A stretch of 58,402 nt of DNA. Source: an uncultured Anaerolineales bacterium (GTDB taxonomy: Bacteria; Chloroflexota; Anaerolineae; Epilineales; JAHCIE01). Shown here piece after piece: positions 42,648 to 51,807 of this stretch; positions within the stretch are counted from its first letter, which is position 1, and each line of letters starts with the position of its first letter. A program made the position numbers and the translations under genes. The notes beneath the pieces are model-generated. The model was not told the DNA's origin, did no database searches, and saw nothing but the letters and a program-made list of their open reading frames with translations. The stretch lies in assembly GCA_964557745.1 (NCBI GenBank), contig CAZLBQ010000001.1, positions 1 through 58,402 on the forward strand, written 5' to 3'.

Positions 42648-43194
42648 CTTTGCCTTGTAGCGCCGACTTCAGTCGGCTGTACGCGCCCGCGTCCCTCGAG
42701 CAGCCCGCGGATGCACGCAGAAACAGACGATGAACGCGGAGCAGATTATATGAGTCTGCTCCGCGTTCATCTGTTTTTCCGCGTCCCGTGATCCGCAAGT
42801 AGCCATCGTCCCCCAACTGCTCCCGTAGATACCGCTGCCCATACTCTTCCGTGTTCTCGGCCAATTCCTGCTCAATCTCGTCCTGATGGTCGTGGTAGTA
42901 GCTCAAGGCATCGTAGACCTGGGCCAGCGTCAGCGAGGGGAGAAGAGTCTCGACAACCGACTCCGGTGTCTCGCCTAGACGCAGGTAGCCCACAATCTGG
43001 CCCACCGACACTCGTGTGCCTCGAACCACAGCCGTAGGCCCCGCCGACTTCGGGACGATCTCGATATAGGCATGCTGCGGCGCCAGTTGCTCCCGCAACA
43101 GACTGTCGGCGACCTGGTCTGGTGTGAGCGAAGCCTCCTGGGCTTTGCGCTGCAAGAGGGCGTAAGTCGTCTCGGAAAGAACCACACTACTCAT
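42574..43194 (-). CDS. DUF433-family protein with an N-terminal ribbon-helix-helix-like extension (antitoxin-like); 3-prime end doubtful
   Basis: AVVRGTRVSVGQIVGYLRLGETPESVVETLLPSLTLAQVYDALSYYHDHQDEIE is a DUF433 core. After about 150 aa the frame runs on through the terminator hairpin and into the GH13 3-prime end with low-quality sequence. Confidence 0.65.
   Translation of the reverse strand: MSSVVLSETTYALLQRKAQEASLTPDQVADSLLREQLAPQHAYIEIVPKSAGPTAVVRGTRVSVGQIVGYLRLGETPESVVETLLPSLTLAQVYDALSYYHDHQDEIEQELAENTEEYGQRYLREQLGDDGYLRITGRGKTDERGADSYNLLRVHRLFLRASAGCSRDAGAYSRLKSALQGKATRWVSALSPRARPGAPSPAPPRR
42720..42778 (+). terminator. Rho-independent terminator of the maltodextrin/GH13 operon (possibly bidirectional)
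   Basis: A 16-bp perfect stem (atgaacgcggagcaga / tctgctccgcgttcat) with a 9-nt loop, extendable after a 3-nt bulge. It is followed by ctgtttttcc. Confidence 0.7.
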
Positions 43195-43256
43195 AGAATC
43201 TCCGCACGCTGTTCTTAGGCCAAGTCTACAACGCTCAGGAGCACCGGTCAAGGGGG

Positions 43257-44555
43257 TTAGTGGGGTGGAGCGGTCAACTCGTCAAACAGCGGCAGACGGC
43301 TGGTGCGGACGGCCTCGTAGGCGTAGAGATACATAGCCGCCGACCACGCCTGGTAGGCGTAGCCCATGGGGTTGCCCGTCTGGCCGTGCAGCCACTCATT
43401 GAACTCCCACGGCTCGCGCGTCCCCAACTGGCACGCCCGCGCCAGGTCGCCCAGTAAGTTCTCCGCCTCGGCCTGCCAGCCCATCTTAACCAGCGCCGCG
43501 ACGTGGAAGCCGCCGATGAACGGCCAGATGCCGCCGTTGTGGTACTGGTGCGGCAGGTTGAGGTTGCGGCTGCGGTAGTAGTCGCGCCAGTCGGACTGGC
43601 CGGGGTAGATGGGCGGGTTGATAGCCTTGGACGGGTAGGGCCGCCCAATGCCGACCTGGTACAGGTAGCGCAGGATGGCATCGCTGCGCTCCGGGCTGGC
43701 GACGCCGGTCAGGATGGCGAGCAGGTTGCCCAGCACGTCGCAGAAGTCACCGTACTCGCGGAAGGCGACGTACGGCAGATAGTAGGGGCGACTGGAGATG
43801 ACGCCGATGTTGTGGTACAGCATGTACCACTCCAGCCGCATCGCCTTGAGCTTCTCCAGATGCTCCGCGAAGTGCGACGCCTCCCAGCAGCGGTCGATCC
43901 ACAGCAGCAGGTTCAACCGCTCGTGAACCGCCGCCGCCGTGTGCAACCCGGCCGCGACGGCTCCCCCGCTGCCCCCCGGCGCGCTTTCCCCCTCCATCAT
44001 CTCCATCGCCCGCAGCGCCGCGTACCATAGCACATTGTCATACAGCACGTTGTAGCGGACGGCCAGCAGGTCCATCCAGTCGCCCGCCTCCGGCACTTCG
44101 AGCAAGCCGCACTCGTTCATGTCCTGGTAGCGCAGCCAGAGGAGCGCCTGGCGGATGGCCGGCATGTTCTGCGCCAGGTAAGCCTGATCGCCGCTGGCCG
44201 TGAAGTACAGGCTGTGGGCGAGGATGTACCACAGGTTGGCGTCGACGGCGCCCGCGTTCTCAGTGGACACCGTCCGTGTGTCGACGGCGACGTTGAGGGG
44301 GATGAGACCCAATGCCGACTGGTTGGCGGTCAGGGTGTCGAGGGAGGCGCGGCAGGCGAGGAGCAGGCTCGGCTCACCCGACGCCGCCGCTCCCAGGGCG
44401 GTGATGGCCGAGTCGCGCGCCCAGACATGGGGATAGCCACGCGCCAGCGCCGACGCCTTGAAACCCAGGGGCGTCGCGCAGCGGTGCAGAATCTCGACGG
44501 CGCGCTCCCGCGCCTCGTCAACCAGGGCTTGCATTCTCTGCCCTTCGCTTGCCAT
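43257..44555 (-). CDS. Six-hairpin glycosidase (amylo-alpha-1,6-glucosidase/GDE_C or GH100 invertase-like)
   Basis: GYPHVWARDSAITALGAA, DANLWYILA and YHNGGIWPFIGGFHVAAL. No signal peptide. It is the last gene of a sugar ABC operon. Confidence 0.8.
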   Translation of the reverse strand: MASEGQRMQALVDEARERAVEILHRCATPLGFKASALARGYPHVWARDSAITALGAAASGEPSLLLACRASLDTLTANQSALGLIPLNVAVDTRTVSTENAGAVDANLWYILAHSLYFTASGDQAYLAQNMPAIRQALLWLRYQDMNECGLLEVPEAGDWMDLLAVRYNVLYDNVLWYAALRAMEMMEGESAPGGSGGAVAAGLHTAAAVHERLNLLLWIDRCWEASHFAEHLEKLKAMRLEWYMLYHNIGVISSRPYYLPYVAFREYGDFCDVLGNLLAILTGVASPERSDAILRYLYQVGIGRPYPSKAINPPIYPGQSDWRDYYRSRNLNLPHQYHNGGIWPFIGGFHVAALVKMGWQAEAENLLGDLARACQLGTREPWEFNEWLHGQTGNPMGYAYQAWSAAMYLYAYEAVRTSRLPLFDELTAPPH

Positions 44556-44598
44556 TCGTCATTCGCCAACCACCCGATGGCCCGCCGCGCGCTCCCGT

Positions 44599-45435
44599 CT
44601 ACGTTCCCGCCATGCCTGTCAGCGTGATCCCCCGCACGAAGTACTTCTGGCCGAGCATGTAGACCACGAGCATCGGGATGAGGGCCAGCGACGCGGCCGC
44701 CATCATGAGTGGATAGTTGGTCGTATATTCACCCTGGAAGACGCGCAGCCCGACGGGGATGGTCCGCATCTCGATGGAGTTGGTCACGATGAGCGGCCAC
44801 AGGAACGAGTTCCACGAGCCGAGGAAGACGAAAATCGCCAGGCTCGCCAGCGCCGGCCCGGACAAGGGCACGATGACGCGCGTAAAAATCGCCCAGTGAC
44901 TCGCCCCGTCAATCTTGGCCGCATCCTCCAGGTCCCGCGGCAGGGTCAGGAAGAACTGACGCAGCAAGAACGTGCCAAAGGTACTGACCAGGAAGGGGAC
45001 GACCAGGGCCAGATAACTATCGGTCCACTTGAAGTCGCGCATGAGAATGAAGTTGGGGATAATCGTCACCTGGGCGGGAATCATCAGCGTCCCCAGATAA
45101 AGCAGGAAGATCTGGTCACGGAACGGGAAGTGCAGCCGAGCGAAGGCATAGGCCGCCATAGCCGATGTCACCACTTGGCCCAGCGTGACCGCGATGGCGA
45201 CAACGACACTGTTGATAAAGAAGCGGTCAAAGGGGACCGCATTCCAGGCTTTGCTGTAGTTGTCCCACTGCGGCGGGATGGGCAGGAACTGCAAGCCACC
45301 GCGGAACACGCGGTCCAGCGACTGGAGCGAGGTTGTCACCATCCATACAAACGGCACCACCATCAGCAGAGCGACGGTGATGAGGACGGCGTACCACAAG
45401 GTAGTTTGAAAGACGGACCTACCAGCGCTATTCAT
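44599..45435 (-). CDS. ABC sugar transporter permease (CUT1)
   Basis: EAA loop LEDAAKIDGASHWAIFTRVIVP and six helices. There is an 8-nt overlap with the upstream permease. Confidence 0.9.
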   Translation of the reverse strand: MNSAGRSVFQTTLWYAVLITVALLMVVPFVWMVTTSLQSLDRVFRGGLQFLPIPPQWDNYSKAWNAVPFDRFFINSVVVAIAVTLGQVVTSAMAAYAFARLHFPFRDQIFLLYLGTLMIPAQVTIIPNFILMRDFKWTDSYLALVVPFLVSTFGTFLLRQFFLTLPRDLEDAAKIDGASHWAIFTRVIVPLSGPALASLAIFVFLGSWNSFLWPLIVTNSIEMRTIPVGLRVFQGEYTTNYPLMMAAASLALIPMLVVYMLGQKYFVRGITLTGMAGT

Positions 45436-46375
45436 AATGCACCCACTTCCGCTGGTACTGCCACTGGACCACCGTTAGGGCGAAGATGATGATAAACAGA
45501 ATCCAGGCGATGGCCGAGGCGTAGCCCATGCGAAAATACTGGAACCCCTGCTGATAGATGTACATAACCACCGTGTTGGTCGCGTTGGCCGGGCCGCCGT
45601 TGGTCAGGATGAGCGCCTGGTCGAACACCTGGAACGAGCCGATGATGGAGATGACCAGGACAAAGAAGGTGGTGGGGGTCAGGAGCGGGAGCGTGATGCG
45701 CCAGAAACGGTGCCAGGCGTTGGCGCCGTCAATCTCCGCCGCCTCGTAGAGGTGTTGGGGGATGCCCTGCAAGCCGGCCAGGAACAAGACCATGTTATAA
45801 CCCGCCTGCCGCCAGATGCTCATGATAATGAGGGCAGGCATGGCCCAGTTGGGGTCCGACAGCCAGATGGGCGGGTTGCGAAGGCCGAGGGCACGCAGCG
45901 CTTCGTTGATGAGGCCGAAGTCGCTGTTGTAGAGCCACTGCCAGAGGAGCGAGACGGCGACCACCGACGACACCACCGGCATAAAGTAGGCCGTGCGAAA
46001 CAGGGTGATGCCGCGCAGCGGGACGTTGACGAGCACGGCCAGGAGCAAGCCGACAATGATGGCGAGCGGCACGCTCCCCAAGGTGTAGTACGCCGTGTTG
46101 AACAGCACCTTGTGGAACAGGTCGTCGCTGAAGAGGAGGCGCTGGTAGTTATTCAGACCGACCCATACTTCGGGCGTCAGCAAGTCCGCGCGGTAGAAGC
46201 TCAGACGAAACGCCTCGATGACGGCGCGTGCGGTGAAGACGAGAAAGCCGATGAGATTGGGCAGCAGGAAGAGCAAGGCGACGCCGGCCTCGCTGCGTCG
46301 CAGCCGCCCCCACCATGTCCGCCGCGTTGCCGTAGTCGTCCCGCCCGGCAACGCCTGCTCGCCGATACTCGCCAT
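45428..46375 (-). CDS. ABC sugar transporter permease (CUT1)
   Basis: EAA loop YEAAEIDGANAWHRFWRITLP. The ATG at 46375 is preceded by GGGAGGTGGG; the ORF track starts at 46420. Confidence 0.9.
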   Translation of the reverse strand: MASIGEQALPGGTTTATRRTWWGRLRRSEAGVALLFLLPNLIGFLVFTARAVIEAFRLSFYRADLLTPEVWVGLNNYQRLLFSDDLFHKVLFNTAYYTLGSVPLAIIVGLLLAVLVNVPLRGITLFRTAYFMPVVSSVVAVSLLWQWLYNSDFGLINEALRALGLRNPPIWLSDPNWAMPALIIMSIWRQAGYNMVLFLAGLQGIPQHLYEAAEIDGANAWHRFWRITLPLLTPTTFFVLVISIIGSFQVFDQALILTNGGPANATNTVVMYIYQQGFQYFRMGYASAIAWILFIIIFALTVVQWQYQRKWVHYE

Positions 46376-46461
46376 CCCACCTCCCAAGGGGTGACGCGTG
46401 ATACGTGAGTCGGGCTGCAAGCCATATCACGTACCACGCGTCACGTTTCACGCGTTGCCCG

Positions 46462-47886
46462 CTACGGCTGGCTCAAGATGTCGTTGACCTTCTTCTCCAT
46501 CTCAGCCGCCACGTCCTTAGCGCTCTTCTGCCCCGACCAGACCTGATCCAGCGCCGAGTTCATCGTGTTCAGCGCCTCAGCCGCTTTCGGGAACTGCGGC
46601 ACCGGGTGGGCCGCTTCGGTGGCTTCCAGGAACAGGTTGTGGGTCAGGGACTTGGGTTCCTGCTTCAGGAACACGTCCGACTTGCCAATGGAGCGGCGGG
46701 CTGGGGTGATGAGACCGTTCTGGGTGTAGAAGGTCTGACCCTCAGGGCCGTTGAGGAACTTGAAGAACTCCCACGCCGCGTCCATGTTCTTCGTCTTGTT
46801 GGAGATGACGTAGCCCGCGCCGCCGCCGTTGTTCGATGGCCCCTTCTTGCCACGCGGCATGGGGACGAGGTCAAACTCGAAGCTGGGCTTGGCGGCCATG
46901 TAGGCTGGCAAGCTGGCGTGGTTGCCCTGGACCATGGCGACCTGACCGTTGAGGAACAGTTGGGTGCGCTTGCCGCCGGTGTCGATCTGGTCGTTGGGCG
47001 GCACGACTTTGTCCTTGTACAAGCTGCCCAGGAAGTCGATGGCCTCGATGGCCTCCGGGGTGTTAATGGTGGACTTGGTGGGCTTGAAGTTGTCGTTGTA
47101 CAGCTCGCCGCCGTTAGCCCAGACGTAGATGCGCCAGTTGTTCTGGATGGCGGGCGCGAAGCCGTAGCGCGTGATGCGGTCGCCCTCCTTCTTCACCAGC
47201 TTGGCCGCCGTATCCTTCATGTCCTGGAAGGTCCAGTCCTTCTTCGGATAGGGCACGCTCGCCTCATCGAAGATCTTCTTGTTGTAGAAGATGACCTGGG
47301 TGTCATTATCGCGGGGCAGACCGTAGACCTTGCCCTGGTACTTGAAGATTTCCAGCAAGCCGGGGTAGTAGTCGGCCAGGTCGAACTTGTCGCGGGCGAT
47401 GAGGTCGTCCAGAGGTTGCAGCTGGTTGAGCGCGGCGTAGACCGGGATCGAGTTCAGGAACATCACATCGGGCGACGTGCCGCCGGCCCACTGGGCGCGC
47501 AGCTTGTCAAAGTAGCTTTCGAATGGCTCAAACTGGGTCTTGATCTTGATGTTCGGGTTCTTGGCCTGGAAGGCCGCGATGACCTGGTTGTTCAGGGCGA
47601 CTTCCTGTTCGTTGCCCCAGAACGACCAGACTAGTTCGACCGGCGCCGACGATTTGGCGGCCGGCGCGTCGGTGGGCTTCGCTGCCGGCGCCGACGTTGG
47701 AGCGGCAGCAGGCGCCGTTGTCGGGGCGGCAGCCTTCGGCGCCTCCGTTGGCGCGCTGGCCTTCGGCGCTTCCTGCTTGGCGGCTGTCGTCGGGGCCGGC
47801 GCCGGCGCGGCCGCCTGTCCACCACAGGCGACCAGGAGCCAGGCCAGGGCCGTCACGAGCCCTACCACCACTACGAGTCTCTTCAT
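46462..47886 (-). CDS. ABC sugar transporter substrate-binding lipoprotein (CUT1)
   Basis: Lipobox LLVACGG followed by about 60 aa of Ala/Pro/Thr/Lys linker, then a family-1 SBP body (VELVWSFWGNEQE, PDVMFLN, YGLPRDNDTQV). AAAGGAGGAG lies upstream of the ATG. Confidence 0.9.
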   Translation of the reverse strand: MKRLVVVVGLVTALAWLLVACGGQAAAPAPAPTTAAKQEAPKASAPTEAPKAAAPTTAPAAAPTSAPAAKPTDAPAAKSSAPVELVWSFWGNEQEVALNNQVIAAFQAKNPNIKIKTQFEPFESYFDKLRAQWAGGTSPDVMFLNSIPVYAALNQLQPLDDLIARDKFDLADYYPGLLEIFKYQGKVYGLPRDNDTQVIFYNKKIFDEASVPYPKKDWTFQDMKDTAAKLVKKEGDRITRYGFAPAIQNNWRIYVWANGGELYNDNFKPTKSTINTPEAIEAIDFLGSLYKDKVVPPNDQIDTGGKRTQLFLNGQVAMVQGNHASLPAYMAAKPSFEFDLVPMPRGKKGPSNNGGGAGYVISNKTKNMDAAWEFFKFLNGPEGQTFYTQNGLITPARRSIGKSDVFLKQEPKSLTHNLFLEATEAAHPVPQFPKAAEALNTMNSALDQVWSGQKSAKDVAAEMEKKVNDILSQP

Positions 47887-47927
47887 GCTCTCCTCCTTTG
47901 TGGCTGTTCGACCGCTTCGCGCAGCTT

Positions 47928-47956
47928 ATAGTAAGCTGATTAAACAGTCATGTCAA
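47928..47956 (-). promoter_or_regulatory. Near-consensus promoter of the second sugar ABC operon
   Basis: On the minus strand: TTGACA (plus 47951-47956), a 17-nt spacer, then TACTAT (plus 47928-47933). The -10 sits within the 7-bp-arm palindrome cagctta-tag-taagctg (47922-47938). Confidence 0.5.
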
Positions 47957-47961
47957 GCATG

Positions 47962-47985
47962 GAACGGTTGCCGTTGCAACCGTTC
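47962..47985. promoter_or_regulatory. Candidate operator: 10-bp-arm perfect inverted repeat just upstream of the -35
   Basis: GAACGGTTGC cgtt GCAACCGTTC. It ends 6 nt from the -35 hexamer of the minus-strand promoter. Confidence 0.5.
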
Positions 47986-48057
47986 GCTTAGCAGACGAGA
48001 GTATAGGCTGAGAAGAGGAGTAGGGCAAGGTGGGGATGAGTCGCCGCGAGAGGAGCG

Positions 48058-49338
48058 CTACGTCTTCTGCCGCACCTGCGTGCCTTCGGGTGTGTCCTCC
48101 AGGACGTAGCCCAGCGCGGTGAGCTGGTCGCGCAGCCGGTCCGCAATGGCCCACTGCTTGGCGCGGCGCAGTTCCGTCCGCTCCGCGATCAGCATATCCA
48201 GCAGCGCCGCCCGCTCCTTCTCGAAGCGCGGGACGGACACGTCCGAGCGCGGGAGAGAGTTCAGCGTCGTAGCGAGTTGCGGCAGGAGCGTCTGCAACGC
48301 CTGGACGGCGCGCTCGGCGCGGTTGGGCAGGCCTTGCTCTAGCCCCGCGCCCGCCACCAGACTCAACGCCAGCAGGCCGTTCACCGCCTCCTTAATACGC
48401 GCCTGCCCGAGGGCCGTGGCGACGTCGTCGCGCAGGGCCAGGATGTCGGCCTCTGGCGCCTCCCCGTCCCCGTGGCCCGCCCCGTTCTGATTGACGGGCG
48501 ACGCCGCGACGACCGGCGCGAGGGGCTGGGCATCGACGGCGGCCCGCTCGCTGTCGAGGGCGAACGTCTGCCCGCGCGTGAATACCCGCTGGTGGCCCTG
48601 GTGGCGGAGTGTTACCTGCCCTGCGCCGAGGACGCTCGCCTGGCGCGAGATCGGCTCGATCCACAGGCCCGTGTACTCGTCCACACCCAGGACGAGCGTG
48701 TCGTCGGGCAGTTGGGCTTCCAGGCGGGCGAAGCGGTCCGCCCCCATGAAGCAGAAGCGGGTGTCGTGCTGGTCGCCGCTATTGTTGTTCCAGTGGGGCA
48801 CGACGGCCACGCTGCCTAGCCAGTCCGTTACATCCAGCCCAGGGGTCCACTCAACGGCCATCCCGACTTTGTAGATTTCGTACACGGGGACGGTGAAGCG
48901 GCCGAGGGTCAGCGCAGCGGCGCTGGCGAACACAAGGGCCGCCCCCGCTTGCCAGCGGTCGATCACGGCCTGCCAGACGGGACTCTCGCGCCAGGCGCGA
49001 ACAGCGTACGTCGGGCTGCCAGGGCCGGCGAACAGGTAATTGGCCTGCTGGATGGCCGTCACGGCGGCGGCCAACACGGCGGGCGGTGCGTCCGAGCCGT
49101 GGTAGTGGGCCACTGCCAGGTCCATGGCAAAGTTGCGGCGGAAGTAGGCGACGGCTTTCTGGGCAATCTGATCGACGTTGGGTTCGAAGCCGGCCGGCGT
49201 ATCAATGAAGACCGGGCGGGGCGGCTCGCCCAGCCGCGCCATCACCGCGCGATGCACCTCAGCCATGGAGTCGGACAGTTCACCCGAGCCAATAATCACA
49301 ATCGGTCCGCACGACGACTTTAGCATGGCGTCACCCAC
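48058..49338 (-). CDS. Fusion protein: peptidase S51/cyanophycinase-like (class I amidotransferase-like fold) N-domain plus a CysRS C-terminal-like domain
   Basis: The N-terminal half ([11 protein letters not shown]..., [17 protein letters not shown]) resembles the S51 family as I remember it. The last 45 aa ([42 protein letters not shown]) closely follow the conserved C-terminal motif of cysteinyl-tRNA synthetases. The start is either GTG 49338 or ATG 49326. Confidence 0.7.
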   Translation of the reverse strand: MGDAMLKSSCGPIVIIGSGELSDSMAEVHRAVMARLGEPPRPVFIDTPAGFEPNVDQIAQKAVAYFRRNFAMDLAVAHYHGSDAPPAVLAAAVTAIQQANYLFAGPGSPTYAVRAWRESPVWQAVIDRWQAGAALVFASAAALTLGRFTVPVYEIYKVGMAVEWTPGLDVTDWLGSVAVVPHWNNNSGDQHDTRFCFMGADRFARLEAQLPDDTLVLGVDEYTGLWIEPISRQASVLGAGQVTLRHQGHQRVFTRGQTFALDSERAAVDAQPLAPVVAASPVNQNGAGHGDGEAPEADILALRDDVATALGQARIKEAVNGLLALSLVAGAGLEQGLPNRAERAVQALQTLLPQLATTLNSLPRSDVSVPRFEKERAALLDMLIAERTELRRAKQWAIADRLRDQLTALGYVLEDTPEGTQVRQKT

Positions 49339-49451
49339 TTGTGTTGAATAGATTTCAGGGCCGACACGAATTCGGAGCCACGGCGGGGGATAATTCTTAC
49401 ACGTCGGCGCTACACTCGCATCGACGCAGGTGCGATTATTCGCAACACGCC

Positions 49452-49489
49452 CTGAAAAAGGCGACGCGTGTAGCTTGCCTACACGCGTC
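49452..49489 (-). terminator. Rho-independent terminator (minus strand) after the two-gene hypothetical operon
   Basis: A perfect 11-bp stem gacgcgtgtag / ctacacgcgtc with a 5-nt loop. The 5-prime arm on the minus strand contains the TAG stop codon. It is followed on the minus strand by gcctttttcag. Confidence 0.6.
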
Positions 49490-50174
49490 CAAAGAGACTA
49501 TCGTTCGTCGCCTTTTCGCGCCGGTGCACAGCCTCAAGGAACGGCTCCGGGTCGCTGACGCCACGCCAGGCGTCGTAGCCGCGCACGAGGAAGTCGTGTA
49601 GATCCTCCCAGCCCATGCGGCGCGCCGTGCCCCGTGTGACATGCAGCGCCGTGCCAATGAACGGCCACTTGTGAAGCTCGGCGACCTCACGCATCACGGC
49701 CACGACGAGATCAATCTGGCGGACGCGGGCGTCGTAGTCGCCCTGGGCATAGGCGGTCTCGTACTCCTCGCGGGTAAAGCGGTCGGTTACACCCACCGCA
49801 CGCAGCCGCTCGAGCATGGCGTGGTCTTCGCGCTGCGTCAGCTCGTTGAGGGCGATGGCGTTGGCCATCGACTCGACGGCTTCCTTGGGCAGCAGGCTGT
49901 GCAGATGTTCGTAGAGCGACTCCAATTCGGCGTCGCGCCGCGAGAAGTCCTTGGCCGCGTAGACGTCGGTCAGGAAGAACTTGGCCGCCGCCCCGAACAT
50001 GGGATCGTGGAGGAAATCGCCATGCCGCTCCGCCAGGCGGTCGGCCTGGTACTGGCGCAGCGCGACCTCCAATGGCGACAGCTCGACCGGCGTCACCGGC
50101 GGCGGCTTGAAGTTGCCGCGGGCGAGCTTCGCCACCAGCTTGACCGCGTCGGTTGGTAAGGCTAAGCGTTTCAT
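49479..50174 (-). CDS. Conserved hypothetical protein, resembles the family annotated as FFLEELY-motif proteins
   Basis: It contains [23 protein letters not shown] and has a helical composition. The family assignment is from memory only. Confidence 0.6.
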   Translation of the reverse strand: MKRLALPTDAVKLVAKLARGNFKPPPVTPVELSPLEVALRQYQADRLAERHGDFLHDPMFGAAAKFFLTDVYAAKDFSRRDAELESLYEHLHSLLPKEAVESMANAIALNELTQREDHAMLERLRAVGVTDRFTREEYETAYAQGDYDARVRQIDLVVAVMREVAELHKWPFIGTALHVTRGTARRMGWEDLHDFLVRGYDAWRGVSDPEPFLEAVHRREKATNDSLFGRV

Positions 50175-50192
50175 AGGTCCCCGTCCCCAGGC

Positions 50193-50885
50193 TCAAGACA
50201 GGCCGGGTGTCTCGTTCAGCCAGGCCGCGAAGCTCCGCAATCGGCGCGTGGCCTCGCGCAGCGCCATCTGGCCCGCCGGGTTGGCCGTCGAGTTCCAGGG
50301 CTGCGGGTAGTTGATATCCACGAATAGCACGCGGCCATCCTCGCTGACCATGATGTTGGTCGACTGGCGCAGCGACGGCCACGAGGGGATGTCGGTGGCG
50401 CGAGCGGGATGGCCGAAGCAGTCCGGCAGCCAGCCCGCCTCCTGGATCATCTTCTCAGCGCACGCCACGATATGGTGCAATTGGGCCTTCGTCTCAGGCG
50501 CGCGCAACTCCTCATCCGACAGGTCGCACAGGCGGCGCGGGCAGTACTCCTGGACCCGGATGACGTAGCGCTCGCGGCCCGGCTCGCGGCCATAGACGAA
50601 TAGCGTCGGCGCGACAGGCAGGTAGCGCGCCGCGACGGCGTAACTGTCCTTGGCCTTCTGCATGTCGCGCCAGACGATTTCGCCCAGCGGGCGCGAGTAG
50701 GTCTTGGCGACGTACTTTTTGCCGTTGATGGTAAAGATCGCCACCTGGCGAAAGCTATTCGTCTTCCCCACCCGGCGGAACACCTCCTGCCCTACTACTG
50801 GGAGGCAGGCGACCGCTACCGGCGCATACGTCGGTTTATAGGTTAACACCGGAAACAGGGCGGACACATCCATCTCTACACTCAT
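50193..50885 (-). CDS. Hypothetical protein with faint protein-kinase-like features
   Basis: KKYVAKTY (VAIK-like Lys), the hinge-like RVQEY, and STNIMVSEDGRVLFVDINY (catalytic-loop Asn and a DFG-like Asp, but no HRD Asp). This is weak. Confidence 0.55.
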   Translation of the reverse strand: MSVEMDVSALFPVLTYKPTYAPVAVACLPVVGQEVFRRVGKTNSFRQVAIFTINGKKYVAKTYSRPLGEIVWRDMQKAKDSYAVAARYLPVAPTLFVYGREPGRERYVIRVQEYCPRRLCDLSDEELRAPETKAQLHHIVACAEKMIQEAGWLPDCFGHPARATDIPSWPSLRQSTNIMVSEDGRVLFVDINYPQPWNSTANPAGQMALREATRRLRSFAAWLNETPGLS

Positions 50886-50962
50886 TTCTGGCTAGCATCG
50901 CATCGTGTCTTGTGATTCACCTATGTCTACGCGCCAAGCAGCCCAGGGTTGCGCCCGCCTCG

Positions 50963-51298
50963 TTAGGCCGTCGGCCTCCGCCATGCTTTGTAGACCAGGT
51001 TAGCCCCGATGAGGATGAGCAGGAGCGGGAAGAGGGGCAGGTCGAAGCCAAAGATGGAGGCCAGCCCCAGCAGAATCGCCAGCACGCCCAGGCCCAGGCT
51101 GAACAGGCTCATCGGGATACCGTACGAGTAGCGGGCCGCGTTGAGACCGAGCATGATGATCCCCGCGCCGACGAGCCACAGCCCACCCGGTACTTGCGGG
51201 ATGAAGGCGAGGCCGCCGAGCATAATGAGGAACAGGCCCCAGCCTACACGTTCCAGCCGCCGATCCAGGTCGCGCTTGTTGGGATCGAGCATGGTCAT
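50963..51298 (-). CDS. Small membrane protein (111 aa, 3 predicted helices)
   Basis: The ATG at 51298 is preceded by GAGGAGGAA. Hydrophobic segments include GWGLFLIMLGGLAFI, LWLVGAGIIMLGL and LGVLAILLGLASIF. Confidence 0.6.
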   Translation of the reverse strand: MTMLDPNKRDLDRRLERVGWGLFLIMLGGLAFIPQVPGGLWLVGAGIIMLGLNAARYSYGIPMSLFSLGLGVLAILLGLASIFGFDLPLFPLLLILIGANLVYKAWRRPTA

Positions 51299-51312
51299 AC
51301 GTTCCTCCTCGG

Positions 51313-51705
51313 CTAGGCGTTGCGCTTGGCCGCGTACTCGGCCTCGTACTCCTCGCGGTTCGGGATGAACACATCGACACAGCGGCACGGCTTCCCGACA
51401 TTAGCGGCGTGCCACTGCCAGGGGCCAATGGGCAGAATCTCACCGCCATGCACCGTGACCGTCTTGTCGTCGAAGATCAAGTCGATTTCGCCTTCCAAGC
51501 CGACGACGAGTTGGGCGTGGACGTGGTTGTGGCGTGGGACGGTCGCGCCCGGCTCGAAATCCCAGTACACGGCCGTCGCGCCCACCAGCGGCACGACGGC
51601 CCAGCGGACGCCGGGCATGCGCTCGACAAAGTCACCGGAACTGGGGATAGTGCTTGGCGCGACGGATGGGGCATCAGTCATGGCTGCCTCCTGGGAGTTT
51701 GGCAA
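51313..51705 (-). CDS. Cupin-fold protein
   Basis: Cupin motif 1 GATVPRHNHVHAQLVVGLEGE and motif 2 GEILPIGPWQWHAA. Confidence 0.8.
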   Translation of the reverse strand: MPNSQEAAMTDAPSVAPSTIPSSGDFVERMPGVRWAVVPLVGATAVYWDFEPGATVPRHNHVHAQLVVGLEGEIDLIFDDKTVTVHGGEILPIGPWQWHAANVGKPCRCVDVFIPNREEYEAEYAAKRNA

Positions 51706-51746
51706 TTGGATGAGGAATGCGCTGGCTCAAGTATACCCCGAATCAA

Positions 51747-51782
51747 GAGACCTGACAGGTTTCAGAAAACCCGTCAGGTCTC
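51747..51782 (-). terminator. Stem-loop terminator after the C39-like/L,D-transpeptidase operon
   Basis: A 10-bp perfect stem gagacctgac / gtcaggtctc, extendable with one mismatch. It is followed on the minus strand by ttgattc. Confidence 0.5.
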
Positions 51783-51807
51783 GTAGAGGCGTCAGTCGTG
51801 CTAGCGC

